From the NCBI GenBank assembly GCA_038087875.1, contig CM075992.1, positions 4,466,001 through 4,530,000 on the forward strand: a stretch of DNA of 64,000 bases. Reading direction: 5' to 3'. This DNA is from Malacoraja senta. Taxonomy: Eukaryota. Under the pieces are notes generated by a model. The model made no database searches, was not told where the DNA came from, and worked only from the letters and a program-made list of their open reading frames with translations. Of the stretch, positions 26,746 to 40,860 are shown piece by piece. The first letter of the stretch is position 1, and each line of letters begins with the position of its first letter. The position numbers and the translations under genes were made by a program.

Positions 26746-27668
26746 TTTATGCTGGAGACAATGCGGGAAGATTGGCGATCATACCCATCTTTTTGGGGAT
26801 TGTCCCAAATTGTATCAATATTGGAGAAATATTCAGGCTAATCTTGGGGGTGGATCTACCTCTGGAGCCAGCATGCTTCATACTAGGAGAGACTCCAGAA
26901 AATATAGATACCAAAAATCAGACCTATTTGCTTGGGGTGTTGATTGCAAAGAAGATTATTACAGTGTCATGGAGAAATGTAAAGTCACCAAATGCTCAAC
27001 AGTGGAGGGAAAGACTGAAAAGTGCATAATGGAAAGCATAAAAGCTAAACTCCAGTTAAGGACTGATGCTTTCAACATTATGTGGACACCGGTATTACTA
27101 CAACTGCCAAGACTGATTAAGGACACGATTTCTCCATAGCCCCAGTGGAGGGGAGGAGTTCAATTGGTACTGTATATGTGTATTTGGAACCATATGTACA
27201 GACATGATTGTGACTGTGTATAAATGCATACATAGTGGCGATCAATGACAAAATAAGTTCTTCAAGTGGCATACAAGTGTCTGGTTTAACATAACGGGTG
27301 ATTATATATTAAGTAGGATTTAATATGAGTTTGCTTGGGTGCCTGTGAATGTGATGCTTCTGCGACAGAACTCTAGGATGATCTGAAGTGATGCTGACAG
27401 CTGCTGTGTGATTTGTATATCTTGTTTGTATGTGTACTTTGTCTTGTTAATAAATGTTGAGTGCAAAAAAAAAAAAAAAAAATCACGGCTGATCTATCTC
27501 TCCCTCCTAACCCCATTCTATCTACCTCTGCCTTAAATATATCCACTGACTTGGCCTCCACAGCCTTCTGTGGTAAAGAATTCCATAGATTCACCAACCT
27601 TTAACTAAATAAATTCCTCATCTCCTTCCTAAAATAACGTCCGTTTATTCTGAGGCTATGACCTCTAA

Positions 27669-28440
27669 ATGGCATCAAGTTGGGAAAAGGGGAAGTACAA
27701 CGGGATCTGGGGGTCCTTGTACATCAGTCTATGAAAGTAAGCATGCAGGTACAGCAGGCAGTGAAGAAAGCGAATGGCATGTTGACCTTTATAACAAGAG
27801 GAATCGAATATAGGAGCAAAGAGGTCCTTTTGCAGTTGTACAGAGCCGTAGTGAGACCATACCTGGAGTATTGTGTGCAGTTTTGGTTCCCTAATGTGAG
27901 GAAGGACATTCTTGCTATTGATGGGGTGCAGCGTAGGTTTACAAGGTTAATTCCCGGGATGGCGGGACTGTCATATGCTGAGAGAATGGAGCAGCTGGGC
28001 TTGTACACTCTGGAGTTTAGAAAGATGAGAGGGGATCTCATTGAAACATATAAGACTGTTAAGGGTTTGGACACGCGAGAGGCAGGAAACATGTTCCCGA
28101 TGTTGGGGGAGTCCAGAACCAGGGGCCACAGTTTAAGAATAAGGAGTAAGCCATTTAGAGCGGAGACGAGGAAACACTTTTTCTCACAGAGAGTGGTGAG
28201 TCTGTGGAATTCTCTGCCTCAGAGGGCGGTGGACGCAGGTTCTCCGGATGCATTCAAGAGAGAGCTAGATAGGGCTCTTAAAAATAGCGGAGTCAGGGGA
28301 TATGGGGAGAAGGCAGGAACGGTGTACTGATTGGGGATGATCAGCCATGATCACATTGAATGGCAATGCTGGCTCGAAGGGCCGAATGGCCTACTCCTGC
28401 ACCTATTGTCTATTGTCTACTGTCTATTGTCTATTGTCTA
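27669..28440 (+). mobile_element. CR1-like LINE 3' fragment nested in an opposite-strand CR1
   Basis: Open 216-aa C-terminal ORF (27680-28330) and (CTATTGT)n tail. Confidence 0.9.
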
Positions 28441-31400
28441 GTCTTAGATTCTCCCACTAGTGGAAACATCCTCTCCACATGCACTCAATCCAATCCTTTC
28501 ACTATTCTGTACATTTCAATGAGGTCTCCCCTCATTTTTCTAAACTCCAATGAGTACAGGCCCAGTGCCGTCAAGCGCTCATCATATGTTAACCTACTAA
28601 TTCCTGGGATCATTGTTGTAAACCTCCTTTACCAGCACATCCTTCCCCAGATATGGTGCCCAGAATTGCTCACAATATTCCAAATGTAACCTGACCTGTG
28701 CCTTATAGAGCCTCAGCATTACATCCCTGTTTTTGTATACAAGCCCTCTCAAAATAAATGCTAGCATTGCTTTTGTTTTCTTTATTGCCGATTCGACTTG
28801 CAGATTAACTTTTTGGGAATCCTGCACCAGCACTCCCAAGGCCCTTTGCACCTCCAATTTCTGGATTCTCTCCCCATTTAGAAAATAATCTACGCCCTTA
28901 TTCCTACTACTAAAATGCATGACTCCACACTTTGCAATACTATATTCCATCTTCCACTTCTGTGCCCACTCTCCCAACCTATCCAAGTCCTTCTGCAGAG
29001 TCCCTGCTTTCTCTGCACTACTTGCCCCTCCATCTATTTTTGTATCATCCGCAAACTTGGCCACAAAGCCTTCAATCCCCTCATCCAAATCATTAATATA
29101 AAACTTGAAGAGTAGCGGTCCCAGCACTGAGCCATGCGGAACTCCACTAGTCACTGGCAGCCAACCAGAAAAAGACCCCTTTATTGCCACTCTTTGCCTT
29201 TGCCTTCCAGCTGACCTGCTATCCATGCTAGTATCTGCCCTTTGATACCATGGGCTCTCATCTTCCTTGGCAGCCTCACATGTGGCACCTTATCAAAGGC
29301 TTTCTGAAAATCTAGGTAAACAACATCTACTGACTCTCCTTTGTCTGTCCTGTAATTACTTCTTCAAAGAATTCCAGCAAATTTGTCAGCCAAATTTCAC
29401 AAAGTCATCGTGAACTTCTAAATACTCCATAATCTCATCTTTATAATGGACTCTAAAATCTTACCAACCACTAAAGTTAGACTAACCGGCCTATAGTTCC
29501 CACTATTCTGCTTTGCACCCTTCTTATGCAGTGGGGTAATGGCAATTTTCCAATCATCTGGAACCGACTGATTCTTGAAATATCACTGTTAATGCCTCCA
29601 TAATCTGTAAAGCCACTTCTTTCAGAACCCTAGGGTGCAGTCCATCCGGTCCAGGTGACATCCACCTTAAGCCCTTTCAGCTTCCCAAGCACCTTCTCCT
29701 TATAGCCACTCCACTAACTTCCACCCCCTGAATCTCTTGAATTTCAGGCACGTTGCTCGTGTCTTCCACTGTGAAGACTGATGCAAAAAAGTTATTCAAT
29801 TCCTCTGCCATTTCTTTATTCCACATTATCACTTCTCCTGCATCATTTTCCAGCAGACCAACATTCACTCTTGCCTCTTTCTTACTCTTTATATAACTGA
29901 AGAAACTCTTGCTATCCTCGTTTATATTATTAGCCACCTTACCTTCGTATTTCATCTATTCTCCCCGTATTGCCTTTTTAGTTACCTTCTGTACTTTAAA
30001 AGCTTACCAATCTTCTGGCTTCCCATAATCTTTGCAATGTTATATGCCTTCTCTTTAAGTTTTATACTGTCCTTGACTTTTCTTATCAGCCACGGTCACC
30101 TCTTTCTCCCCCTAGAATCTTTCTTCCTCTTTGGTATGAAAAGATCCTGCAACTTCCGAATTATTCCCAGAAATTCCTGCCATTCCTGTTCCACCATCAT
30201 CCCTACTAGGGTCCCTTTCCAGTCAATTTTGTTAAGCTTGTCCCTCATGCCTCTGTAGTCCCCTTTGCTCAGCTGCAATACCGACAAATCCAATTTCACC
30301 TTCTCCCTCTCAAATTGCAGATTAAAACATCATATTGTGGTCGCTACCTCCTTTACCTTGAGTTCCCTTATCTAATCCGGTTCATTACACAACACTAAAT
30401 CCTAGATATGGGCCAGGCCAGGAAAGGAATTCTACATATTAGCTTTGATGTCATGTTGTGGATGTTAACAGTTCAGTCCAGAATCATCTAATAAACTGCA
30501 TTTAATTGTGAACGGAATTAAACTCATGCCTCCATACTTAGTCGCAGCCTCTGGATTACTTGTCCTGAAATTCCCACATCTTGTAAATCAGTAAACAGAA
30601 TCTTTCATCACAATGGGATCAGGAAAACTGCTGTAAGTAAATATGTAATTGGTTTGCCTGGGACATATGACAATCAAACATCTTGACGACAAACATCAGA
30701 AATAACTGTAAGTGCCTGCCCTGCAGCCACAGACCCTAACCCTACCTTATAGTAAAATTGAGGCTGATCTGATAATCAGAATCACACAGCACATAAACAG
30801 GCCATTTGGTCCAACTTGTCCATATTAACCATTATGCCCCATCTAAGCTAGTATCAAATACTCAAATTTGGCCCATATCCCTCTAAACCTTCCCTGTCCA
30901 TGTGCCTATTCAATGTATTTTAAATGTTGTTATTCTACCTGCCTCAGCTACCTCCTCTAACAGCTCATTCCTCCCTATGTGAGTAAAAGTTGCCCACTCA
31001 AGTTTCTATTAAATCTTTCCCCTCTCCCCTTAAACCTACGTTCTCTGTTCTTGCAGAAACAAGGAACTGCAGATGCTGGTTAAAGTACAAAACGGCGCAA
31101 AGTGCTGGAGTAACTCAGCGGGTCAGGTAGGTGACATGGATGGGTGACGTTTTGGGTCGGGACCTTCTCAAGCATTTTGAGTCTTTTTAACCTCTGTTTT
31201 TTTATTCCTCTACCTTGGGGAAAAACGTGTGCATTCACCCTATCTATTCCTTGATCTTATAGACAATAGGTGCAGGAGTAGGCCATTTGGCCCTTCAATT
31301 CAGCACCGCCATTCACCGTGATCATGGCTGATCATCCACAATCAGTATCCCGTTCCTGCCTTCTCCCCATATCCCCTGACTCCCATATCTTTAAGAGCTC

Positions 31401-31988
31401 TATCTAACTCTCTCTTGAAAGCATCCAGAGAATTGACCTCCACTGCCTTCTGAAGCAGAGAATTCCACAGGTTCACAACTCTCTGGGTGAATTCCAGTGT
31501 ATACCCGTTCAGTCGCTCCATTCTTTCAACATATGACAGTCATGTCATCCTTGGTAGATCTTGGTAGATCATGCTTGATTTTGTGATTGACATAAACTTT
31601 GACCAACTCTGTATCAGTATATACAATGATTCAGCTTCCACAGCTCTAAGGTAGAGAAATCAAGACCATCCCAAAGGAGAAATTCTTTCTCATTTACCTT
31701 TCAACAGGAGATGCTTTATCCTTCCCCCAGTTTAGATTCTCCAACAATGTGAAACATTCGCCCGTCATTTAGTTTCTGAAAGATGCACAGAAACTCATTC
31801 TGCCCACCCTGCTGCCTGTATTCAGTAGTTTTGTTTCATATTTCCTCCATCTGCAGGTTGTTATCCCCTCCAACTGTTTCCATCAGATCTACCACTATTC
31901 TTTTAAACTACAATAAACCTAGGCCCAAACTGTACAATAAACCTCGGCCCAAACTTAATATCTAATTGTGGCAGCAATGTGTACATAC

Positions 31989-32083
31989 TTCACAATCTCT
32001 GGTATATCAAAGGACTTTCCAACAATTCCAGCAGCATCTTTTGTATAAACTTCTGTCTGCTCAACCATGACATCTTGTGGATT
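31989..32083 (-). CDS. c3: Complement C3 exon 5
   Basis: 95 bp, NPQDVMVEQTEVYTKDAAGIVGKSFDIPEIV(N), CAG acceptor and GTATGT donor. Confidence 0.93.
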
Positions 32084-32153
32084 CTGAAATTAAAAATTAT
32101 TTTGAAAAACAAGTTGAAGTATTAATTATACAAAGTAATCATTTTTTACATCA

Positions 32154-32278
32154 CTAGACCAAGTGCAGACCCGTTGGGTCTGTTCCCGCAACGCGCGGTT
32201 GCGAGGGGAGGGGCGGCCTGAGGCGTCACACACACTAACCAACCTCTCACACACTAACCACACACGCACGCATGCACG

Positions 32279-32322
<44 letters not shown>

Positions 32323-33275
32323 TATATTAAGAAGGGAGGGAGGAGAGGGGTAGGGCCGCCCAGCAGCCGTGGACCTCAGAGTGAGCCTCAGCTCCATGGC
32401 CTCACATCCTCGGCGCTTCAGACCCCGGGAGGGGGGAGTGGGCGGGCGGGCGTGATCCCGAGTGAGCCTGCGGGCCGCCAGCGAGGACGGCGAAAAGCAG
32501 CGGGGGAACAGCTGATCTGTGGCTTCCGCCAGCGTGACAGAGCCGGGCCGGGGGGGGGGGAGTGGAGGAGAGCCGGGCGGCAGCTGAGCGCGTGGGCGGC
32601 TCTGAGCGAGTGGGAGGGTGGAGTGGGCGGGCGGCGGGCGTAGGAGTCCAGATGCGGGATTTTTTAAATTGAGTTTTGTTTGAGTTTTGTGATCAATTTT
32701 ACTCAAAATCTGGTGAAATAAATGACCAAGGAGTGGATGTGCGAATGTAAAAGTAAAATCGCTAGCGAAATGGTAAAAATCTGGGCGTTTTTGCGTCTGG
32801 TTTTCGCGGAGTAACGAATCAAAGGCAAAATGCCGTCACCCACACAACATAGTTTTAAAAGATTACTAGACCAAGATCAGAACCGTTGGGTCTGGACCCC
32901 GAATGTGCTTCAGCGTCTTGACGGCGTAGACAGCGTCTTGAGCCAGCGTGAGGGAGCCGGCCTGGGGGGGGGGGCGGTAGATGGGGAGAGCCGGGCGGCA
33001 GCAGCGAAAAAATAAAAAATCGCCGTTTTTGAAAGAGAGCCGGGCACTTGAGCCAGTGTGAGAGAGCTGGCCCGGGGGGGAGGGGGGGTTGGGGTGGGTA
33101 GTGGAGGAGAGGCGGCGGCAGCAGCTAAATCGCTAGCGAAAGAAAAAATGGCGCCGTTTTTGGAGCAGAGCCGGGCGGCAGCAGCCGTTATGGTGGCTGG
33201 CCAGGAGGAGACAAAATGAGTGAGTGGGGGGGGGGGAGGGGTGGATTTTATTTTAAAATGTGTCTAAATCTAATA
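32154..33275 (-). mobile_element. Two head-to-tail non-autonomous Helitron-like elements
   Basis: Minus-strand 3' ends with a hairpin (CAGACCC-aac-GGGTCTG, 32166-32182) followed by TTGGT-CTAG|T at 32154-32157; second end at 32866-32869. TC start at 32862. Internal (TG)n. Confidence 0.75.
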
Positions 33276-33831
33276 GGAGCGAAGCAGTCAGGCAACACAA
33301 CCTGTAGCACTCAAGGTCCAAGACTTTGTCGGCTTATACATTACCGCAGCCTTGCATCCACAAAGTCCTGCCATTACATATCTCACAGAGAATATTAATT
33401 TTTCCAGAATCACATTGTCAATAGACAGTGGGGAATGGTGTGTTATTCCACTACAGGAAACATGCTGTAACATCAGTTACGCCCTATATTGATTCTAGGC
33501 ACAAAGAACAGCAGTTGCTGGATTATTGATCAAAATACAAAGTGCTGGAGTAACTCAGCTGGTCAGGTAGCATTTTAAGACTCCGAGATACAGCACGGAA
33601 ACAGGTCCTTCGGCCCACTGTGTCCGTGCCAACCAGTGATCACCCCATACACTAACACTATCCTACACACTGGGAACAATTTACAATTTTACCAAAGTCT
33701 AATTGACCTACAAACCTGTACATCTTTGGAGTGCGGGAGAAACCAGAGCACCTGGAGAAAACCCATGCGGTCACAGGAAGGAAATACAAATTCCATACAG
33801 ACAACACCCATACTAAGGATTGTACACGAGT

Positions 33832-34650
33832 CTCTGGTAGAAGGGTGTTATTTCGGCTGGAGTTATTTGACCCGAGGAGTTTTTCAGGGATCTGTGTTGG
33901 AACCTCTATTATTTGTGATCTATATGGGTGTAAAGTGTAAACGGGCTGGTTTGTGAGTTTGCAGACAACACAAAATTAGTGAAGTTGCAGACAGTGAGGA
34001 AGGCTGTCAAAGTATACAGCATAATATAGATGAACTACAGAAACGGCAGATGGAGTATAATCTTAGTAAGTGCAAGATGTTGTACTTTGGGAGGCCGAAT
34101 GTAAAAAGATATATAAAATTAATATGTTTAGACTGCATTTAGAATATTGCATGCAGTTCTGGCATCCCATTGCAGAAGGAAGTGAGGCTTTGGAGAGGGT
34201 GCAGAGGAAGTTATTAGCTATAACAAGAGAATGACAACTTAGGTTGTTTGCTCTGGAACATCGTGGAATATCGGAGGTAAGGGAGACTGATAACATATAA
34301 TTATGACAGGTGTTGATAGGGTAGACAGTGAAAATCTTTTTTTCCCAGGGTGGAAATATCAAAGATTAGAGGACATAAATTAAAGGTGAGTGGGGCAAAA
34401 TCTAAACGAGACATGCATGGAACAATTTTTTATACAGAAAGTGGTGGTTGCCTGGAATGTGGTGCCAGGGGTGGTGGTGGCTACAGATACGATAGGGAAT
34501 TTTGAGAGCTTTTGGATAGGCACATGGAAATGCAGAGAATGGAGGGATATGGATCAATGCAGGCAGAGGAGATAGTTTAAGGTGGCATCATGTTAGGCAC
34601 AGGCATCTTGGGCTGAATAGCCTGCTTCCGTGCTATACAGTTCTACGTAC
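33832..34650 (+). mobile_element. Degraded CR1-like LINE fragment
   Basis: GVFQGSVLEPLLFVIY and FFIQKVVVAWNVVPGVVV remnants. Confidence 0.75.
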
Positions 34651-34653
34651 TAT

Positions 34654-35651
34654 ATAATAATAATAATAATAATAGATTTTATTTATGGGCGCCTATACAA
34701 AAGTCTCAAGGACACCTTACAAAATTTAACAAAGAAACATATAATCAGAGTAAAAATAAGTTATGACATTACCAATACACAATGAAAGACAGAAATTCGA
34801 TCCAAAAAAGACAACAACAAAATTCAGAAACACAATGTGAAGAGAGAGCAGCGGCAGCCAAACCGCGCCAGCGTCCACTCTCCCTTCCGACCGCCATCTT
34901 GACAGAGACTAACATAGACACTACACACTACACACAAAATCATCCCCCCACAATGGTTACCACTGTGGGGGAAGGCACAATGTCCAGGTCCCCAACCCCA
35001 GTTCTCCCCAAAGTCAGGCCTATTGAGGCCTCCACAGTTGCCTCTACGGAGGCCCGATGTTCCTGGCCGTTCTCGCCGGGTGCAGTTGCCCCGGCGTCGG
35101 GGAGAGTCCTCGCAGCGGCTGGGACGGCTGGACGGCCGATTTCCTACCGGAGTCTGTGGCACCTGAAGCCGACAAGGCCGCGCCGATTTTGAGCTCCGAG
35201 GCTCCCGATGTTAGAGTCGGCGCCGCCGCCCGCGGCTGGCCGCTCCACAGACCCGCAGCCCGGAGGTGTTGAGCTCGGCGGTCACAGCTCACCGGAGCTC
35301 CAGCGCGTCGATCCAGCGCGGCGACCCAGGCAAGGCATCGCCCGCTCCACTCCGCGATAGCGCTCCAGCGCTGTGCCGCCACCGAAGCTGAAGGTGCTGG
35401 GCAGTCCCCGCCAGGAAACGCCGCTCCAGGCCCGATGGTAGGCCGCAGGGACGGGTCGACGGGGCAGCCCGGAGAAAAAGCTGCCTCACCGACCAGGTAG
35501 GGACCTAGAAAATAGTTTCCCCCTTACCCCCACACATGAAAAGTCAAAATTCCCCAACAGACAAGACCAAGAAAACTAAAAAATAAGAAAAAAAAGTGAA
35601 TTTAACGGACGGCTGCTGGTTAGCAGCCGTTCCCCAAGATAGCTCCTCCTC
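34654..35651 (-). mobile_element. GC-rich non-coding retroposon, copy B (L2-like (TTA)n tail)
   Basis: Colinear with 19156-20162, including the 5' hairpin and tail. Confidence 0.75.
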
Positions 35652-36450
35652 TGAACACATATAGAACACATCTACTCAACCCAGCTGAGTAGATGTGTTT
35701 TCCCAGTCTATTGTTAGGAACCTAGTCCAAATATCTTGCTCAGGTTGCAGAGGAAATTCTGTTGACACCAGTGTTTTAACATTTAACAACGTTTGTGTAG
35801 GTTCACTCCTGCTGCGTCTGTTGGAAGAACAAAGATGTCACTAATATTAAGCAAATGTATATAGCAAAATAAAAGGGCCTGTCAGGTGTTCACTTGTTTT
35901 GCCAACTGTGGTGAATTAAAACGGTAAATACCAATTTGTCAGGTTTTGTTTCATTATTAATGTTTTGCTGTATCCTAAAGTCCTCACACAGTGTGGTCCT
36001 ATTCCACTGGAAGCATCTGGTTCCTCTTCTTCAGCAAGAACAATTAATGTCTAATATTACTCTTGTTCATGATCTACACTGAACTAAATGTCAGTATCCC
36101 CTCCTTACAGTGCAGTCCTCCAAGATGTTTTTAATTCATCTAACTTTGGCCTTTCTCAACCTCTCTTTCAGCATGCAGCATATTATCTTTCTACTTGTCC
36201 AAATATCTTAACTTAAATGGAGATCAGGGTCAGAATTAGTTTGATGTCGCTTCTTTAAAGACTCCAATGTTGAGATCTTGCCTTAAGATGAGCTGTTCAT
36301 GGACTGTAAATGCCATCTTTCAATGTTCATTACATACCTCCAGTCTGGACAATACCTTTACAAATGGAGTCAGTGAGAAACTATAAATCTCCAAAATCCA
36401 TTGCGGTGAAAAGATGTTACTTTTTTAAAACATAGAACGATGCACCTTAC

Positions 36451-36522
36451 CATAAGTTCTACTATTATGTTTTTGTTGGTTTGGTTTCATATCGTTATCC
36501 ACTGTGAGCAAGCGATAAAGCA
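36451..36522 (-). CDS. c3: Complement C3 exon 4, with one 1-bp insertion
   Basis: TAG acceptor, GTAAGG donor, 72 bp where flanking phases require 71. Reads (V)LYRLLTVDNDMKP/TNKNIIVELM after removing one base at 36480-36482. Confidence 0.9.
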
Positions 36523-38378
36523 CTAGAAAAAAGTATAACACAATGATTACCTTGAACAGCACACTCAATATCTGAACAACTGCTCTTAACATTCAATGCC
36601 ATTACCATCGGTGAGTATCTTCACATCTATATGATGGGGGGGGGGGGCAGTGATGATCAAAAACACAATTGGACCACTCATAGAAATACTGTGCTTTGGA
36701 GATTGGGATTTCTGTGATGAAAGCTGCACCTTCTCATATTGTTAAGGCCGTTCACCACCGTTAAAGCACGTCACAAACTTGATGGAATAAATTTCACTTG
36801 CATGGATGATTTGCAGTTTAATAAATCATTAAGAAATAGTTTGCATATCTTTCATTCATCTTACTTTATCACTCTACATTGTTTACATCTCTTGTTTCCC
36901 TAATCCTTAATAGTCTGAAGAAGGGTCTTGAGCCGAAATGTCATCCATTCCTTCTCTCAGAGAAGCTGGCCTGAGTTACTCCAGCTTTTTGTGTCTATCT
37001 TCAGTTTTAAAACAGCATCTGCAGTTCCTTCCTACACTTTTTTCAAAAGCATCTGGGTTCCTGTTTGCTGTCTGTACGGAGTTCGGACGTTCTCCCCGTG
37101 ACCGTGTGGGTTTTTCCCCATGTGCTCTGGTTTCCTACCACACTCCAAAGTGTTAATTGGCTTCAGTAAAGATTGTAAATTGTCCCTAGTTTGTAGGATG
37201 GTGCTAGTGTACAGGGATTGTTGGTGGGCGCGGACTCGGTGGTCCGAAGGGCCTGTTTCCGTGCTGTATCTCTGAAATTAATTTTTTTTTAAAGGACCAG
37301 ATTTTATATTCATACATATGACATACTTTTTGATTGTGAAAATAGATTCTACATTAATATTATTACGCAATATGACTCAGGAACCATGGAAGATATGTCA
37401 CATATGTTTGCTGATACAATTGGGCCAACTCTATTGAGAGGCTAAGGTTTGCTGATGCGATACCACAGAGAAGTGCTATTGTATATAATTTGGGAATGTA
37501 TTGATAGGGAGCATCCAAACTCTGAGACTTGCACGTCAACTTAGACAATCTAATGCTTGAGGGAAAGACATTATCAACTGCTAGCTGTCAATACTGGTCA
37601 CTCTTGGATAAAATGCCTAACCCCAATCCCTTCTCACATCGATTCTGAAAGTCCTTTGGTACACTTTCAAATAAAACAACACATTTTGTATCCCAACTGG
37701 TGGCACAGTGGTGCAGTTGGGTTCCACAGTGGTGCAGCTGGTAGTGCCGCTGCATCACAATGCCAGGAACCTGGGTTTGATCCTGACCTCGGGTGCTGAC
37801 TGTGTGGTGTTTGCACGTTCTGCCTGTGATGGGTTTCCTCCATGTGCTCCAGTTTCCTCCCACATCCTAAAGATGTGTGGCTTATTGGGTTAATTTCCTG
37901 TTGTAAATCGCCACTTATGTGCAGTGAGAGTGGGATGACATAGAACTAGTGTGAACGGGTGATCGATGGTCAGCATGGACTCTGGGCTGAAGGGCTTCTT
38001 TCCATGCTGTTTCTCTAAATTATACTAAACCAACATTTATACATCAAACAAAAGTCACAAAATCAGATAATCTGCATGTTCTCACCTTTTTGTTTATGGA
38101 AGGTTCCAACTAAATATTTGGTTGCAGACTTTCTTATAAATTTTACAGATTACTTTTCAAATCTATAAATTAATTTGCTGTTGCAACATTGGAATGATAT
38201 GAAAGGTGCTAAGTAAAACAAAGTCTCTCTAACTATGATGGCCAAAATGGAAAACTCTCTATTAAAACATATTTCCTCTGTGATCTATGTGATTCTCCCG
38301 CCACCCCCCCATCCATAATCAGTGGTGTCCCCTGGTGCAGTAAAGGTATATTTTAAGAAAACTTTGAACCGTAGTTAC

Positions 38379-38550
38379 CAGTTTGAGTTGGTGTGTAGAT
38401 TGGTTTGTCAGTCTGGATAAAGATGTGTCCTGCTTGATGTGAAACAAGGATAATAGTTCGCAATATAAATTGTGATGATTGTAGTGATGTTGCTTCCAAA
38501 TATACATACTGGTTCCCTCTGGAATCCCTTGGCAATTTATCTGCAGGTAT
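38379..38550 (-). CDS. c3: Complement C3 exon 3
   Basis: IPADKLPRDSRGNQYVYLEATS...SHQAGHIFIQTDKPIYTPTQT, containing the C3/A2M-family FIQTDKPIYTP motif. AG/GT borders, ends in phase 1. Confidence 0.96.
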
Positions 38551-39319
38551 CTGGCAATAAAAAGACAAAAATAAAATTGGTGTGGTTCCTTTTCAGAATT
38601 GTAAACACCACCCAACACCTCCTCTCCAATGTCTTCCAACGCAAATTCAGCTATGAAGCATCCAGAATGTGTAGAAATTCATCTTTAGATCAGTAGTATT
38701 AAATGCACCATGTGACACCAATGACACATTGTACTGGACTTTCAAATTTTATTTATTTCAATGGAAGTGATTTTCAGAAACTTGACTCAAACCAACAGCC
38801 AGTATTTTAGTTCACATTTAAAGTTACTAATCTGAGAATTAATTTCCGCTCTTCAATCCCAACCATCAAATAGTATAATAATGCCCAGCAAGGCAACATT
38901 AGGCATTTATTAGTCTGATATACTGTAGGTGGCCTCACCTCAAGTCAACTTTATTTGACACATACACATACAAGATGTGCAGTGAAATGAAAGTGGCTTA
39001 TGGGGCTAAAGAGCCACAGAAGGGTTCAGAATGACAGGTGAAAATCTTTGAGACTTGTGACGCCAATGGAGGTAACAGATACAGGAATGGACTGTGATGA
39101 GCAGATATAACAATCCCTCCCTGCGTTGTTTGAGGACATTAGTGTTGGCATGACGTCCCGTCTTTTGCCTTACCTGCTAATGAAATTTGTCAGGGGAATG
39201 AGTTAAGAGCTTGCTGTGTTCTCAGCAACCCTCCATGCACAAAGCATAGAGATGGAGATGAATAGCTTTATTTTCCTGCTGCAACCATTCTGCAGGCTAA
39301 TCCCGTGTACACCTTAACA

Positions 39320-40370
39320 TACAATACGATACAACAGAACTTTATTTATCCCAGGAGGGAAATTGATCTGCCAACTGTCATAAAAACATGAAATTAAAGT
39401 GAGTGGAAAAGATTGAGGATGTGCAAAGATTGGAGGGGAGTTAGTCTCAGTCTACCCCATGACAAGGGGGAGGAGTTGTACAGTTGAAAGCCACAGGGAA
39501 GAAGGATCTCATGTGGCGTTCTGTCCTGCATTCTGTCCTGTATACGGCCTGCTGCCCAAAAACACAGTAGTGAAGAAGATGGCACTGGCTACCACTGATT
39601 GGTAGAACATCTGCAGCATCTTACTGCAGATGTTGAAGGAGCGGAGCCTTCTCAAAGTACTGCCGGCTCTGTCCCTTCATGTACAGGGCCTCAGAGTTTC
39701 TGAATCAGTCCAGTTTACTGTCCAGGTACACTCCAAGGTATTTGTACACCCCGGTAAACTGCACGTCTACACCATTGATGGAGACAGGGGTGTTTCTCTC
39801 CTCCTGAACACCATTAACTATTTAGTCTTGTCGGTATTGAGCTGCAGGTAATTCAGCCCACACCACTCAACAAAGCCATTGACTACACCTCTGTATTCAG
39901 CTTCCTTCCCCTCACTGATGCAGCCCACAATAGCAGAGTCATCTGAAAACTTCTGCAGGTGGCAGGAGTCCGAGTTACATTTGAAATCCGATGTGCAGAT
40001 GGTGAACAGGAAGGAGAGGGACCGTCCCAAATGGAGCCGCCATGTTGCTCACTACCATGTCCGAGGCACAGTTCTGTAGCCTGACATATTGTGGTTGTCC
40101 AGAGGTAGTTAGTGATCTAGGATACCATGGAGCATCCACCTTCATCTTCGCCAGTTTGCTCCCTTGCAGTGCAGTCCGGATGGTGTTAAAAGCCTGCTTC
40201 CCAGCTTATCCAGGTGAGCATTGGAATGATGGAGCAGATGGATGGTGGCATCCACACCCCCATCTTTGTTTGGTAAGCGAACAGCAGGTAGGGTTTAACC
40301 AGGGGGTCGGGATGTGAGTGCGCACCAGCCTCTTCAGGGACTTCATGATGTATCATAACATGCACCTTGT
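39320..40370 (-). mobile_element. Rex1/Babar-like LINE fragment
   Basis: HLQKFSDDSAIVGCISEGKEAEYRGVVNGFVEWCGLNYLQLN RT segment. Confidence 0.8.
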
Positions 40371-40444
40371 AGACTGTACAAATCATTGTTTAAATTGTAC
40401 CCGAGTTCCCAACTGCAGAGCACATAAGACACAGCCCTTTTAGG

Positions 40445-40860
40445 GTTAGTTTAGTTTAATTCAGTTCAGTTTATTGTTACGTGTACCAAGATACAGTGAA
40501 AAGCTTGTTTTATTGCATGCTGTCTGGTCAGTGGAAGGACTATACATGATTACAATCAAGCCGCCCACAGTTTACAGATAAAGGATAAAGGGAATAATGT
40601 TTAGAGAAAGTCCAGTAAAGTCTGATTAATGACAGTCCAAGGGACACCTATAAGGTAGTTCAGGACTGCTCTCCAGTTGTTGAGAGGATGATACAGTTGC
40701 CTGATAACAGCTGTAAAGAAACTGTCCCTGAATCTGGAGATGTGCATTTTCACACTATGTACCTCTTGCCTGATGGGAAAGGGGAGAAGAGGAAGTGTCC
40801 AGGATGAGACTCGTCCTTGATTATGCTGGTGGCCTTGCCAAAGCAGCATGAAGTGTAATT
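40445..40860 (-). mobile_element. Rex1/Babar- or L2-group LINE 3' end
   Basis: SRFRDSFFTAVIRQL remnant and (ACTAA/ACTGA)n tail. Confidence 0.7.

Larger units (their letters stand above)
20732..27480 (+). mobile_element. Near full-length L1-clade LINE (disabled), in C3 intron 5
   Basis: Frameshifted ORF1 20868-21750 (LENRARCKNLRIYGV, IERAHR). ORF2 APE from 22459 (SYNVHGL, LNIYAP, GGDFN), RT 24290-25694 (LDAQKAFD, GVRQG, LFADD), Cys-rich end about 26750. AATAAA at 27449, polyA, and an 11/12 TSD AATCA(T/C)GGCTGA at 20720-20731 and 27481-27492. Confidence 0.93.
20660..30400 (-). mobile_element. CR1-like LINE split by later insertions (pieces at 20660-20731, 27481-27668, 28441-30400)
   Basis: RT ORF 28597-29226 (SGVPHGSVLGPLLF..KFADDTK). 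The pieces join seamlessly once the L1 and the plus-strand CR1 are removed. Confidence 0.85.
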
